64,000 nucleotides of DNA from the NCBI GenBank assembly GCA_976551045.1, contig CDPCPM010000056.1, positions 19,406,001 through 19,470,000 of the forward strand. The letters are read 5' to 3'. This DNA is from Glaucostegus cemiculus (lineage: Eukaryota). Below, in pieces: positions 1 through 12,292 of this stretch (positions are counted from its first letter, which is position 1; every line of letters starts with the position of its first letter). A program made the position numbers and the translations under genes. The notes beneath the pieces were generated by a model, which did no database searches, had not been told where the DNA came from, and saw only the letters and a program-made list of their open reading frames with translations.

Positions 1-249
1 ACTGAAACTTAGACCTTAATGTCATCTGAGCAATAGCAGGTATCAATTTGGCAATTGTTAAAAAATTAAATTTTAAGACATTTTGTGCAATATGATCTTT
101 ATCACGGTTACGATGTACATTTGCTCATTCTTAGAAAGGAATTCCATTAATAATCAGAGTGGATGTTAAGTCAGATATTAAAGATATATTTTAGATTTTT
201 TGCCAGTTTAACTGCATTCATTGGTGGAGACACTGTTATTGTTTTTACA

Positions 250-380
250 TGTACTACATGAATGCACTCTGTACTAACTCAATGTAACCGCACTGTGTAA
301 TGAATTGACCTGTACGATCGGTATTCAAGACAAGTTTTTCACTGTACCTTGGTACGAGTGACAATAATAACCAATACCAA
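250..380 (+). mobile_element. 3' end of a non-LTR retroelement (L2/Rex-like tail)
   Basis: ends tttttcactgtaccttggtacgagtgacaataataaccaatacca; a related copy lies in reverse orientation at ~30615-30819. Confidence 0.6.
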
Positions 381-411
381 AAGATATTGTCTAATTTACA
401 ATCTATGTAGT

Positions 412-700
412 TTGCACAATGGTGAAGCTAGTAGAGCTGCTGCCTCACAGCTCCAGTGACCTGGGTTTAGCCCTGACATCTAGTGCTGTCTGTGTAGAGT
501 TTGCAGGTTCTCCCTGTGACAGTGTTTCTTTCTCCCAGGTGCTCTGGTTTTCTCCCACATCCCAAAGGCATGCAGGTTAGTAGGCTAACTGGCCACTGTA
601 AATTGCCCCTAGTGTGTAGGAGAGTGGTAGAATCTGGGGGGAGTTGGTGAGAATGTGGGAAGAATAGGCAGCAGGAAAAATTATTGGGGATTGGGATTTC
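412..700 (+). mobile_element. tRNA-derived SINE, V-SINE/HE1-like
   Basis: head gctgctgcctcacagctccagtgacctgggtt; central domain gagtttgcaggttctccctgtg...gctctggttttctcccacatcccaaag; related copy at ~48581-48945. Confidence 0.75.
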
Positions 701-706
701 ACAGGG

Positions 707-843
707 GAGACACAAGAGATTCTGCAGATGCTGGAACCTGGAGAAACGCACACAAAATGCTGGAGGAACTCAGCAGGTTAGGCAGCATCTGTGGAGGGAA
801 ATAAACAGTTGACCTTTCGTGTCAAGATCCTTCATCAGGACTG
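707..843 (-). mobile_element. Penelope-like terminal repeat (pLTR) fragment with degenerate hammerhead core
   Basis: reverse strand reads CTGATGAAGGATCTTGACACGAAAGGTC...CACAGATGCTGCC...CCAGCATCTGCAG; several related copies in the window. Confidence 0.6.
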
Positions 844-2962
844 GGAATGGGATTGCCACTGTTAGCCAGCATGGAGTTGATGGCCTCCTATGTTGTAAGA
901 AAATATATAAAATATGAAATATGGACTACTTTGCATTGGTGCTGCTCACTTAGGGTATTCATAGCATTTATTACCATCTTTTTGTTGTCATCTATATATA
1001 AGGAAAAGACACCTGAGCACAACTCTCAGGCTTGGGATCTCACACTAGATCATAAAAAGCATGTGCGAAGGTTTAGGTTATTAGTATTGTGGCAACATGT
1101 ATAAAGGCCAAGTTGTTAACATAAACTGGTCCAACAAAGACCTGCTTGAGCTAGCTTGATCTGGTGGAAGATATGATTGCATGTATGAATTGAATAAGAG
1201 ACCATGGGTGAATTAATTTTGAGACTGAGGGGCAGAGTGTTCTGAAGCTATTGGTTTGCCATAACCCAGCACACGAAATAGTGCCAGTATTTGTGATTGC
1301 TTGCACGTATAGGAGGACTCCTGTTCACTGATGATATCTGGATGGCACTGTGTAAATTGGGAAGATACTGCATGCTGGTCTGTCTGAGGTCAGCTGTTGC
1401 CTTCTAACTGAGACTGTTGTCTGCTTGTGTGTGTGTGGGTGGGACGACAACTCTGTTATTGCTGGGATTGTTTGACGTATCCTTCTCTTCACACCCCCCG
1501 CCTCCTGTACTTAGAAGCATCGACCCTGTCCATCCAGAAGCAGGGTGATCGCTTCCCACATCTGTCCCAGATTTTTTCAGAGAGAGCCTTGCAAGCCGCT
1601 GATTGATACCTGTTGTATCTGTCAGATTGTACCGAAGGCTGCTAATTTTTAATGTAAGCTTTTATTTTAAGATAGGTGCCTTCTAAAAGAATTCCAGTCA
1701 GACCTGCATGCAGTATCTTTCCAACTTATACAGTGCTATCCAGACTTCATCAGTACTGAATGCTGTGAATATGGACTGATTAAACTCCCCATCTTGCCCT
1801 TTTTTTTATACTGAATCCTGTCAACTTTTACCTGATGGGGGAGAGTTTAGAAGGAAGGACAGACTTCAAGCAAGGCCTGGCCTACCAATGGGAATGTGTG
1901 AATTTAATTGAAACAGAGATGGGTGGGTGGGGGTTTGTGGGGTGAGGTGATGGGGGGGGGGTGGGGGGAAAGGAGCAAAGCAAAGGTGTTTTCCTTCCTA
2001 ATGCAGAGTTCTGTCTGTAAGAGTGCCTGGCATAAAGTAATTACTTTTAAGGCATACTATATTTCCTTAGCTATTGGAGTAACTTCTAAAAAAAGATAAT
2101 GGGAAAGAAAAATCAACAGTAACGTTTTATTTTAGGCAACATTTCACTTGCCTTGGTGTGGAGGACTGAACTGAGTTCAACAAATTCATTTTTTTCCATG
2201 AATGAAGTCAGCAATGTGGAAAAATTTTGCCTTTCAGAGCCGGATGAATGTATATCTCAGCCACACATTAAGCCGCATTAACAGGCAGTGGAGTGCTTAA
2301 TGTGGCCATTTTTCACAGGAGCCAACAGAGGAGATGATTAGCATAATTAGTACAGGCAAGCCTATACATATGGAAATGCCAACTGCGTAAATGCCAGCAC
2401 CAGTGGAAATTTATGTCAAGGCTGACAGGAATCTCAGGGCTCAATAGTTCCCAGCTGTACCTCTTTGGGTCACACTGTCCCCAACCCAGCTAGGGTCTTT
2501 GGTTTCTGAATCGAAGTATGAACCGGCTACAGCCAGATCGCTATGAGTGCTCGAGCTTGTAAAACAGACTGGACAGCAGCACTTGCCTGCACCCTTAATC
2601 ACTCAACTTCTTCCTTTCCTTCTCTTCCTAATTTTACAAGGATCCTAATTATCTTCAATATGATCAATACCTCCTCCCCTCCCCCCTCCCCCAGCATCGA
2701 CCTTCTCTTCTCCACCCACTTTCCTTGGTTTATTTTTTTTATGTGGGGGCTTTGGTCTCCAGCTTTTGTTGTAGAGAATTCTTTTTCTCCCCCTGTTTGT
2801 TACAGAACATCTCTGACGGACATTCATAGTGGTGACAAAGCCTTGCATTCATTCACTGGAGGCTTGATGAGCCCAGCCTATTGGGCCTGGGGTGGAGCAC
2901 ACATCTGCTACTCGATTCAGGCAATGGAAAGATTTATTTTCAACAAAGCTTCTCCTGCAGGC

Positions 2963-2997
<35 letters not shown>

Positions 2998-3022
2998 CAC
3001 ATACACTCTCTCTCTCTCTCTC
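2963..3022. repeat. (CT)n/(CA)n compound microsatellite
   Basis: direct reading. Confidence 0.9.
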
Positions 3023-6000
3023 CGTCTCCCCCCCTTCTACCAGCATTATTCTCCACCAACAACCCCCCCCACCCCAGCCCTTACCATCACTCCCCCCTGC
3101 CCCCCACTCCTTACTCCCACCACCCATAACATTTAGACCCCTTAACAAATGTAGAAGGTGGTTCTGGGAAAAGTCCTGACTGAACAATGATGTAAAACAA
3201 AGAAAACATTCTGGCCAATACATGTTGTGACAGCACTTGGCTGGAGAGCACTTATGAGCCTCTGGGGCTTGTGTCTCCTCTCCCCTCCCCCTTTCCTCTT
3301 ATAATAGAAGGCAGGAGTAGCTTGGACAGGTATAAAAAAAAGTCTCTTTCAACTAGTCCACAGTGAGACTTCCTCCAAAGCAGCATGGGCCTTTTCAGTG
3401 GAGCCCTAATCCAGCTAATCCTACCCACAACACTTTGAAGGTGGCCTTAGCCACGTACGCCGTGTGATTGGAAGAAAAGCCTGAGTGCAGGGCATGTCAT
3501 TTTTTTTTCTCTTTTTCAGGATGCGGCTATATGACAGAGACACACTTGTTTTTAATCACCAATTAAAATAGATGCACAGCTTTAAAATGAAAGCTCTTCT
3601 ATTAATTGACATTGCCTGAGCATAGTGACATTAGTGTAACAGATCCAGGATTTCTGTACCCCAGTAAAAGAGAGGTGTGTATAATGCACTCAAAGTTATA
3701 GCTCCAAAAAAGGAGTGCTGTTACTGATTCCAGTGTAATGCAGTGAATGGGCATTATTACCCACTGATAACTTTAGTGGTAATTAGCTCCAGATTATCCC
3801 TCAACAAACTTGCACTGTTTATGATAATTAATCCTTTAGGAAAGGTCATTGGTCTGGATGTTCCTCGGGGAATCTGTTCATTTTTGGGCTGTCCACATCA
3901 GTTAAGCAAAAAGAGAAAATGCTGTGGAGGTTCCTACTGCCGACACCCCACTGCAAAAAAGAACTTTGGTAGCTTCCCTCTCACTTACCCCAGTTCCCTC
4001 CCTTTTTCACTCCCAACTCACCCCAGCCCCCAATCTGATGTTTATGGTGGACCTTTTTGAACTGTTTCCCCCTTTCAGGCAAAATCAGAGAGAGTGAAGG
4101 TGGCTGTGCTGAGAATATAACTAAGGTTTAAAATGCGCCATAAGTGGCTGCTTTTCATGTCACTCAAATGCCTTGCAGAGTATTTGCAGCATTTTGCCCA
4201 AGAAGTCCACATCTCTGCTTGTGCTCCACGTGAGCTTGTGAGCTCGCTAGATTTTGAGTCTCAAAGTCCCTAGACCCTCAGTTTCCATAGAAGGTGCAGC
4301 ACATAAAAATTGGCCATTTGGTCCTCCCTGACTCTGCTGATGATTATGTTCTGCACCCAGTTGCCTTTCACCTTATTTCATCAACTCCTATCAGATTTCC
4401 TCACTGGCTCGAGAGAGTCCCAATTTATTAGATACCCACAACGAATATGACTTGAGGAACTTTGGACTGATTCTGGAAGGAATTCCACTGACCTTATAAC
4501 CAAAGGCCTAATGATTGCTCTCAGCAAACGAGTATTACATTTGGGAAATGTTCACATGGAATAAAACAGAATATGATGATAGAACCCCTGGCTGAATGAC
4601 CAATTGCATTGAAAAAGAAGGAGAAAAGGAGGGATTGCCATATCTAGTGTGGAACAATTAAACACTGACCACCCTCAGAAGGTTCCTGTCAGGTGGGCAC
4701 TGTTAAAATCAGCACTGTAGACAGTAGCCATAGGGTGTAGACAAAGTACACAGAGAGAAATGGTTCCTCTTGGTAGAGGGATCAAGAACCAGGGGACATA
4801 CAGTGAAAGTGATTGGCAAAGGAATGAAAAGCCACATGCACTTAGGGTCTGGAATACATGGGATAATAGTGGAAGCATATTGAATTGTGTGCAATGGGGA
4901 ATTGAATAAGTATCTGAAAGGAAAAAAAAAATCAGGACTGTGGGGAGACGGTATGAGTGTGAACAAGCCAGATTGCTCTTACATTGAGCTGGTACTGTCT
5001 CAATGGCCTTGCTAGAATCAGCCTGTGATAACAGGGTGCTAGCCAATTTACCAGGAACTCATTTATGGCAATAAGGCTATTTCACGCTTCGTGATGACAT
5101 CAGAACCATTGTTGATTTCCATTCTTTGGTCATTCCCCCCATATTTGTCATTTTAATCTAAGAAATCACAGTCAGTGAATGGCCTCATACTTTGATGATA
5201 CTCTGGGAGTAACTTTGACTTTGGATGATAATATAAAATGGCTGATGTCAAAAATGCCACCCATTAAACAAACTAATGCTACCCATTAAACAAACTCTCC
5301 CAGTTTTCATTTCATTCCAACTTTCCAAAATATTGTCTTCTTGGGTCTTTGCCAGTTTGAATCATTGGGTTAGCTCCATTCCTGTACTCTGTCTCCCTCA
5401 CCTTGCACTTTCTTTTCCTTTTAGATACTTATCTAGCTCCCATTTGAACACTACATTTGAATGCGCCTTCACTCAATCAGGAATACTATAAAATAGCTTA
5501 AAATTGATACAGTTTGGTATCTAAACTCTTCACAATTTGGAAGCCAACTTCAAACTGTTAAATGTAGAACGATTATGAAATTGTTGTTGAGCAAATGATA
5601 AACAATGTGATGGTCTAATGGTGGTCATTTGGAATAGTAATAAAGAAAGACACAAGTAATTGGAGTATGGTTTTATGGTAGGACTGGAATTTCTACTGAT
5701 TCTCCTGTTTGAAGGAGAATTTGATAAACAAATTTGAATTGCAGCAGTTTGGAATATTACAGTGTTATGTTTGGATTAGAATTGGTTGGAGTCACTTGGG
5801 TTTGATGTAGAATGACATGGCAGCACTGTCACTTCTTGTGAACCAGTATGCTTTCTCTCAGAGCATTGAGATAAAAATTCCTGTTGACAATTCCACTCAT
5901 GCTCAAATTCCTGATAATCTTTCCTCTCAGTAAGGATGCACTAGGGAAACGAGGGAAAGCAGACAGCTTAATACTTCCCCAAAGAAAAGTTGCCCTTCTC

Positions 6001-8067
6001 TCTTCAGGCCCTGCCACATAGTTCAACATTCCAAAAATCTCGGAAACAAGCTGTTTTCCGCATTTTGTATGTGAGGAATCATGCATGGCTACATGGAGGG
6101 AGGGGCTGAGGACCCCAATGAAGGGGTGATGGTGACCTTTGCTAGCATTTCAAAGATCATCTTAATATGTAAAGATTCTGCTGCCTGTTTTCCTGTATAA
6201 CCCTTTTTAAATATAACAGATTCATGGCAATGTGCTTAAACTGATATAAGATTTTTCTTGATCCTTATTCAGTTACATTGGCAGCTTTCTGTTGTACTGA
6301 AGTGATTGACAGGCCTGATATGTTTTCAGAAAGAATAGAATAAATTTTGGGTGACCATAGGTATATGTGTCAACTGTACAAAAAGATTGATTCTTCATAA
6401 TCAGTGCTTTGATATTAATATTGTTCACTTCAGAGGGATTTGCAGGTGCATTTCCCTTGGGATATTTGGTTTAGTATTGTAGTGATGAGTGAAAGAATCC
6501 CCCTAAGGTTCAAGGTACCTTGCCCCGGATTTTAAATTGTGAAGGCAGGATCAGATTGTTGCAGTACCACGGAGATTAACTTCAAGTAAATCATTGCCAC
6601 ATCCAGGTTTAGAAATCTCAAAATGCAAACTATTTACTCCTGTGGCAAGTGCAGAATCAACAGTTCCTTCAATAAACAAAATCCTAATACAAATCATTAA
6701 AATCGTAATTATCTGCATCAACTGCAGTTTCCCCACATCTAGACTTCATCACAACAACATATTAGAAGTCCAATCAGTGTTGTATAAAGTAACACTTTTG
6801 TTAAATGTTTTCTGTTGCTATTATTTAAATTGAATTGCTGAATGAAAGCTTCAGCTGAGCTAAGATACGAAGATCTGCCAGTTGGCTATTTTAACCTAGC
6901 GTTTATAGAATTCCTGACTCAACCGCAACATTTCTTGGCAACATGAACATTAGGATTCAGCAGGTGTAGTTGCTTTTCTCTGTTCACTGTGAAGAGAAGG
7001 AAGAAAGAAAATGAGTAAGACTCTGTAAAAAAAAAACACAGAATTTTTCATGTGTACCAATGTCATGACTGCAGAATGACCAGTGTCAGAGATGAATTTT
7101 AGGTTGCTTATTGGAGAGAGTGGATTATCAGTTAATGCACCATTTCCTCCTTACACATATGTTGGGCGTTACAATATTGTAACACCCAACAGCTACACAC
7201 AGACAATTGGTGATTATTGAAGTTTTACATTGACCACCCCAGGTAAGCTTTTAAGAAATTATTGTTTTGTCAGGAGGTTCTTCAAGGAGACTCAGTTTGT
7301 AGAATAGCTCTCTCTAAACCCCAACAGGGCAACACCAAACTCCTAATCAAGTGTACAACCTACAATATCTTCAGTGTGGATTTCCTTAATAATGTTTAAA
7401 GATTGCTGCCAATTCTTTAAAGCAAGAGTCTCTTTTAACTTTTGAAGTAATTTTTGGCAGTAGAGCATGGATTCACTGCCTGGTATGAAGAAATGCAAAC
7501 ATGAAGAAACTGTTACACATCACTTAATGTTTACATTGGAACGGAGGAGATTACATGTAACTGGAGGTGTTTAAAATTATGAAAGAATAGACCAGCATTA
7601 ATAAAGATAGATAATGGAAGAAATTTGGCCCTGGTCCCTAGAACTAAATGCACAATATAACGATAGTTGCATGTTATATCCTTCTTCAGTTCCATTGATT
7701 TGAATTTCTGAAGCAGAGTGCACTCAGAACTACATTGTGTGTGACTGGTGCTACCAGCCAAGGTGAATTTCTAGGAACCTGTCTCCAGTTTTGAGGGCTT
7801 TACAATGAAAGGGACATCAGTGTAAGATTAATTGCACGAGATTGAGAACAGCTGGAAAAACCTTTTTAGATAGAGGATTGTGATACCCTGGAATATACCA
7901 CCAGAGCTCACAATTGAGCAGAGACTGTATCAAAATCTCAGAAAAAGTTAGACGAATGTGGAAGGAAAGCAGTATAAACGCATTACAATAAACAGAATAG
8001 GGTAGTGGGATTAAGACTACTGCTCAAATGAACCCAAGCATTAGGCCAAACTGCCTTGTGCATTTTA

Positions 8068-8675
8068 TGAGTTTAAGAGCACGGAGGTTATGCTGCAACT
8101 GTACAGGGTACTGGTGAGGCCACACCTGGAGTACTGTGTGCAGTCCTGGTCTCCTTACTTGAGGAAAGATGTACTGGCTTTGGACACGATGCAGAGGAGG
8201 TTCACCAGGTTGATTCCGGAGATGAGTGGGTTAGCCTGTGAGGAGGCTGGGACTATACTCGCTGGAATTCAGAAGAATGAGAGGGGAACTTATAGAAACA
8301 TATAAAACTATGAAAGGGATAGATAAGATAGGGGCAGGATGGTTGTTGCCACTGGTAGGTGAGTCTAGAACTAGGGGACGTAGCCTCCAGATTTGGGGGA
8401 ATAGATTTAGGATGGAGATCAGGAAAAACTGCTTTTCCCAGAGAGTAGTGAATCTGTGGAGTTCTCTGCCTAGGGAAGCAGTGGAGGCTACCTCATTAAA
8501 TATATTTAAGACACAGTTAGATAGATTTTTGCATAGTAGGGGAATTAGGGATTATGGGGAAAGGCAGGTAGGTGGATCTGAGGCCACAACCAGATCAGCC
8601 ATGATTTCACTGAATGGTGGAGCAGGCTCGATGGGCCAAGTGGCCGACTCCTGCTTCTATTTCTTAAGTTCTTAT
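8068..8675 (+). mobile_element. CR1 LINE 3' fragment (ORF2 C-terminus, frameshifted) with 3' UTR
   Basis: LYRVLVRPHLEYCVQSWSP...QRRFTRLIP and RRLGLYSLEFRRMRGELIETYK...FSQRVVNLWSSLP are typical CR1 ORF2 C-terminal motifs, here in two frames. Confidence 0.92.
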
Positions 8676-11417
8676 TTCACTTATGAAGATTAATACTTGA
8701 TCAATCAAATTTCTCTGTACACCAAATTGCCTTACAAAGGACTTCAGCTATACTTGAAGTGCATCGATAAATCATTGCATGCCTCTACAACAGCCATTTT
8801 GATCATTGGCCCAGATTTCAGAACCACTTTTGTATCAGCCAGGACTGGGCCAGGTCTGGTAGGGGATGAGATAAGTCCAGCAGTTGGAGACCTTTTTGGG
8901 ACGTGGTTGGTGATATGAACCAGAGTAGGTTGGGGCCAGAGAGGGGTAAGTCAGGTAGCTGATCAAGATAGGGGCCTGGGCCAGTTTGGGAGATGGCTGG
9001 TTGTTGAGAGTGGAGATGCAAACCTCGAAGCATTAAGAGTTTCAAAACTCAGGAGTCTTGTTGAATGTAAAATAATTGCACAAAATTAAACAGGGAACAG
9101 TTTAACTATAAAGCAGTTCTGGCTTTGACGATGAATTAGGACTTTGGAAGTTGTTGAACACATCCATCGATGTATTTTAAATGCAGCTTCATTTCCTCCA
9201 CAATATCTGGTTTTAAATACAAGAGGAACCAGGATGCTGAAGCAGAGTGTTTGTCCTACACATCCACTGAAGAGGCAAGAAGAACTGGACTCCAAGAAAT
9301 CTTTTTAAAGCAACATCTGTGATGATATAAGATCAATCCACAAATTAGTAGGGGGGACTATTGTGGACAATAAGTCCAGGAATAGCTGGCTAGGTTGAAC
9401 ACTTGCCTACTTTTTGACCATGAGGGTATTGAAAACATTTCTATCTTGATAAAGGAACATGGGAATAGAGAATGGCCCTTGAGCCCATTCTGCCACTGAC
9501 TCAGGTCATGGTTGATCTCCATAGCAATTTTGTTACTCTTCATGTCGCTCTTACTGTTCCTACAAAATGCTTATTGATTTTTAACATCTTGGGCCCAACC
9601 AGTTTTAACCCTATGCTTTTGCTTGTCTGGAAACAACCAGGTTTTGAATTTGAATCTTGTCTCATTGTATGGATCCAATATAAACAAACCACCTACAAAT
9701 CCATAGAAAATGTGGCAGGCTAGTTAAATAATTACTTGCTATTACATTGACCAATGGCTTTGCAGGTTTGCTGCACTGCCGTCCTATGTATTGATTGATA
9801 GGGTGCCAGGTAACATCTGTCAACCTTCTGACTGCAGGGAAGGTGCAGAGCAGAGGCTAAGTGTTTACCCGCAGGAAGGAATAGAAGTATTGGCAGAACT
9901 AGGCTCCCAGGTCTTCCGCTGTGTACGGTGTGACAGCTGTTCAATGAACTGGAATGGTGATGAAGCTTGCCCATTTAACCAACATTTGTATGTTCAATAG
10001 AAAATAAAAAGACAGGTCAGTGAAGAAACTATATATATATAAAAAAAACAATTATTATAATCAGTTATAACGAATGGGAGTGGGGGTGGATCAGAATTCC
10101 AACCCAAAGAAAACAGACCTTAGTACTGAATAGAGAGCAACATCAATTTCCTAACCAGCTGGATGAAGTGCGTATTTAAAAAAAAACTAATAATTCACTT
10201 TTGATTTCCCCCAGTACAAAACATTTTTTTACAGCTCATTTGTCTGTAGATAAAGTGAAGATGCTACCTTGTGTATTTGTCTTGGCTTAGTGCCACCAAG
10301 GCTCGAGCACAGCTGTGGTTAAAGTGGCAGCTTTGCTAAGTCCCAAAGAAATCACTAGATGAGGACTTTTGGTACTCTGCTTCTAACATTGATACCATTG
10401 AATTAAAAATATGTGAAACGGAAATGGCAAGTCAAGAAGTCCAAATCTGCTTAAAGTGGCTGACTGCAATGTGTTGAAAGGGAAAAGAGGGAAAGGATCT
10501 GTTTGAAACCAATTTGTCTCTCCCATGTATCAAGAAGGAGAGTAATGTAAAACTTATAAATGGCTGGCAGAAAGATACAAGGCAGTTATTGCTATCAGGG
10601 GCTTTGTTGGCATCAAAACGTTAGCACTGTAACACAGTTGGTGGTGCTGTTATTTACCCTCAAAAAGTGAGTTGAATCATATTTCATTTTACATGTATGT
10701 ATGAGTCAGTGTTTGTCTGACAGATATTGCCCTATGTCAATTTGGAATATACTTTTGAGACTGTCGTTGAGAATAGCTTCTTTGGACAGGCTATCCATAT
10801 TGAGAGTCAATATGACTAAAAAAGATCCACACTGGATGGAAACCACCCACATGCATCACCCAAAGTCATTTCAGAACTGTATACTTTGGGTTTCAACCCC
10901 TCAATTACATTACTACTTTGAAACATCCTCAGGTAACCATTACTTTGTGTGCACACCATCTCATTTCCTTTACTACATCACAGCCTTATAATCATTCCAA
11001 GACAACCATTTTTCTTGGAATCATCTTCAAGCACCCATTATTTCCTACATAATTTATAGTTATGAACTTCAGAGAGCAAAATATTCCTCTATTGCCTGTC
11101 CTTCCTGTTATTTGATGTAAGTTACTTCCAAATTCTTATCCCCCACCATGCTATGGCACCCATTGCATAATTGAATACATTTCCTCCACTGGAATATATT
11201 GGAAGTTAAAGAATATGACTGCTTTTTGTTGCTGAATATAGATTTTCCATTTTCTTATATTTTTGTACAGGGAGTACATTTTAGTGTTCACTTTTTTTCT
11301 GTTTTTCTTTCATTTTTTTTTGACCTTTGCTTATATTGTCAGTTATTTTCAAATAAAGTTTGGGGCTGGAATGTTCATTCTGTCATAGTTAATGAGTGAT
11401 TATTAAATAATATTGAA

Positions 11418-11715
11418 AAGATAAGATAAGATCTTTATTAGTCACATGTACATTGAAACACACAGTGAAATACGTCTTTTGCATAGTGATTTTTGGAGGG
11501 CAGCCCACTAGTGTCGCCATGCTTCTGGTGCCAACATAGCATGCCCACAACTTCCTAACCTGTACGTCTTTGGAATGTGGGAGGAAACCAGAGCACCCGG
11601 AGGCAACCCACGCAGACACGGGGAGAACGTACAAGCTCCTTACAGACAGTGGCTGGATTTGAACCCAGTTTGCTGGCGCTGTAAAGCATTGTGCTAACCA
11701 CTGTGCTACTGTGCC
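11418..11715 (-). mobile_element. full-length tRNA-derived V-SINE-type element
   Basis: reverse strand: ggcacagtagcacagtggttagcac...gggttcaaatcc (A/B boxes), V-like domain, tail gtgactaataaagatcttatcttatc; 5 related copies in window. Confidence 0.88.
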
Positions 11716-12283
11716 GTCATTGACAGTGGTCTTGAATGGTAGATGGATTATGATGGATTTAATGTTATTATAGATAGGGATTTAAAGAGATGAAGGAAAT
11801 TTGTTTTTCAAGGATATTGTGGTGTTATACTGGAACTGGCAGCTTGCTACCTAGGCAAAGATCCATGGCTGTCATTCGCAGTTGTTGATCGCTTTCAGTT
11901 TAATCACATGCGGCACAGAGTGCTCCCCAACCTATAGGAAAGGAAATGATGTTCACCTACGATTGTTCACTGCCCAGCATATGGAAAGGCATAACGTTGA
12001 CTGAGGCTAGCTATCATGTTAATTTGTTTGACGAAAGCTTGGTTGGCCAGGAAGGCTTCTGTTTTGTTATGTAATAATGCCTCTTAGACAAAGAGGAGGA
12101 ACCGGACTTGTCTTAATGGCATCATAAACTGAGCATTGAGAAAATAGCATGTGGCTGCAGGAACAAAGCTACTATAAGAAAAAAGCAGTTTCTCATCCCC
12201 CCGTTGGTTTTTAAACTGGATATTGCCTAGGCATTTGGGTATGACAAGATGGGGTGTCAGCCAATTTTTATGTTTGGATATTC

Positions 12284-12292
12284 TGGGTGGTC
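12284..12292 (-). promoter_or_regulatory. perfect GLI consensus site (GACCACCCA), intron 2
   Basis: TGGGTGGTC on +; patched genes are established direct GLI targets. Confidence 0.55.

Noticed and set aside
1920-1968. G-run tracts with G-quadruplex potential (also ~41617, ~49811, ~63083)
   Set aside because: Common low-complexity runs with no supporting context.
2543-3223. Overlapping ORFs of 82-197 aa
   Set aside because: Produced by CT/CA microsatellite and C-rich low-complexity sequence; no recognisable domain.
5259-5296. 16-bp tandem duplication ACCCATTAAACAAACT
   Set aside because: Ordinary small slippage-type duplication.
7240-7249. Isolated strong donor-like motifs (CAG|GTAAGC here; also ~19490 and ~23411)
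   Set aside because: No matching acceptor or coding signal; such motifs are common in long introns.
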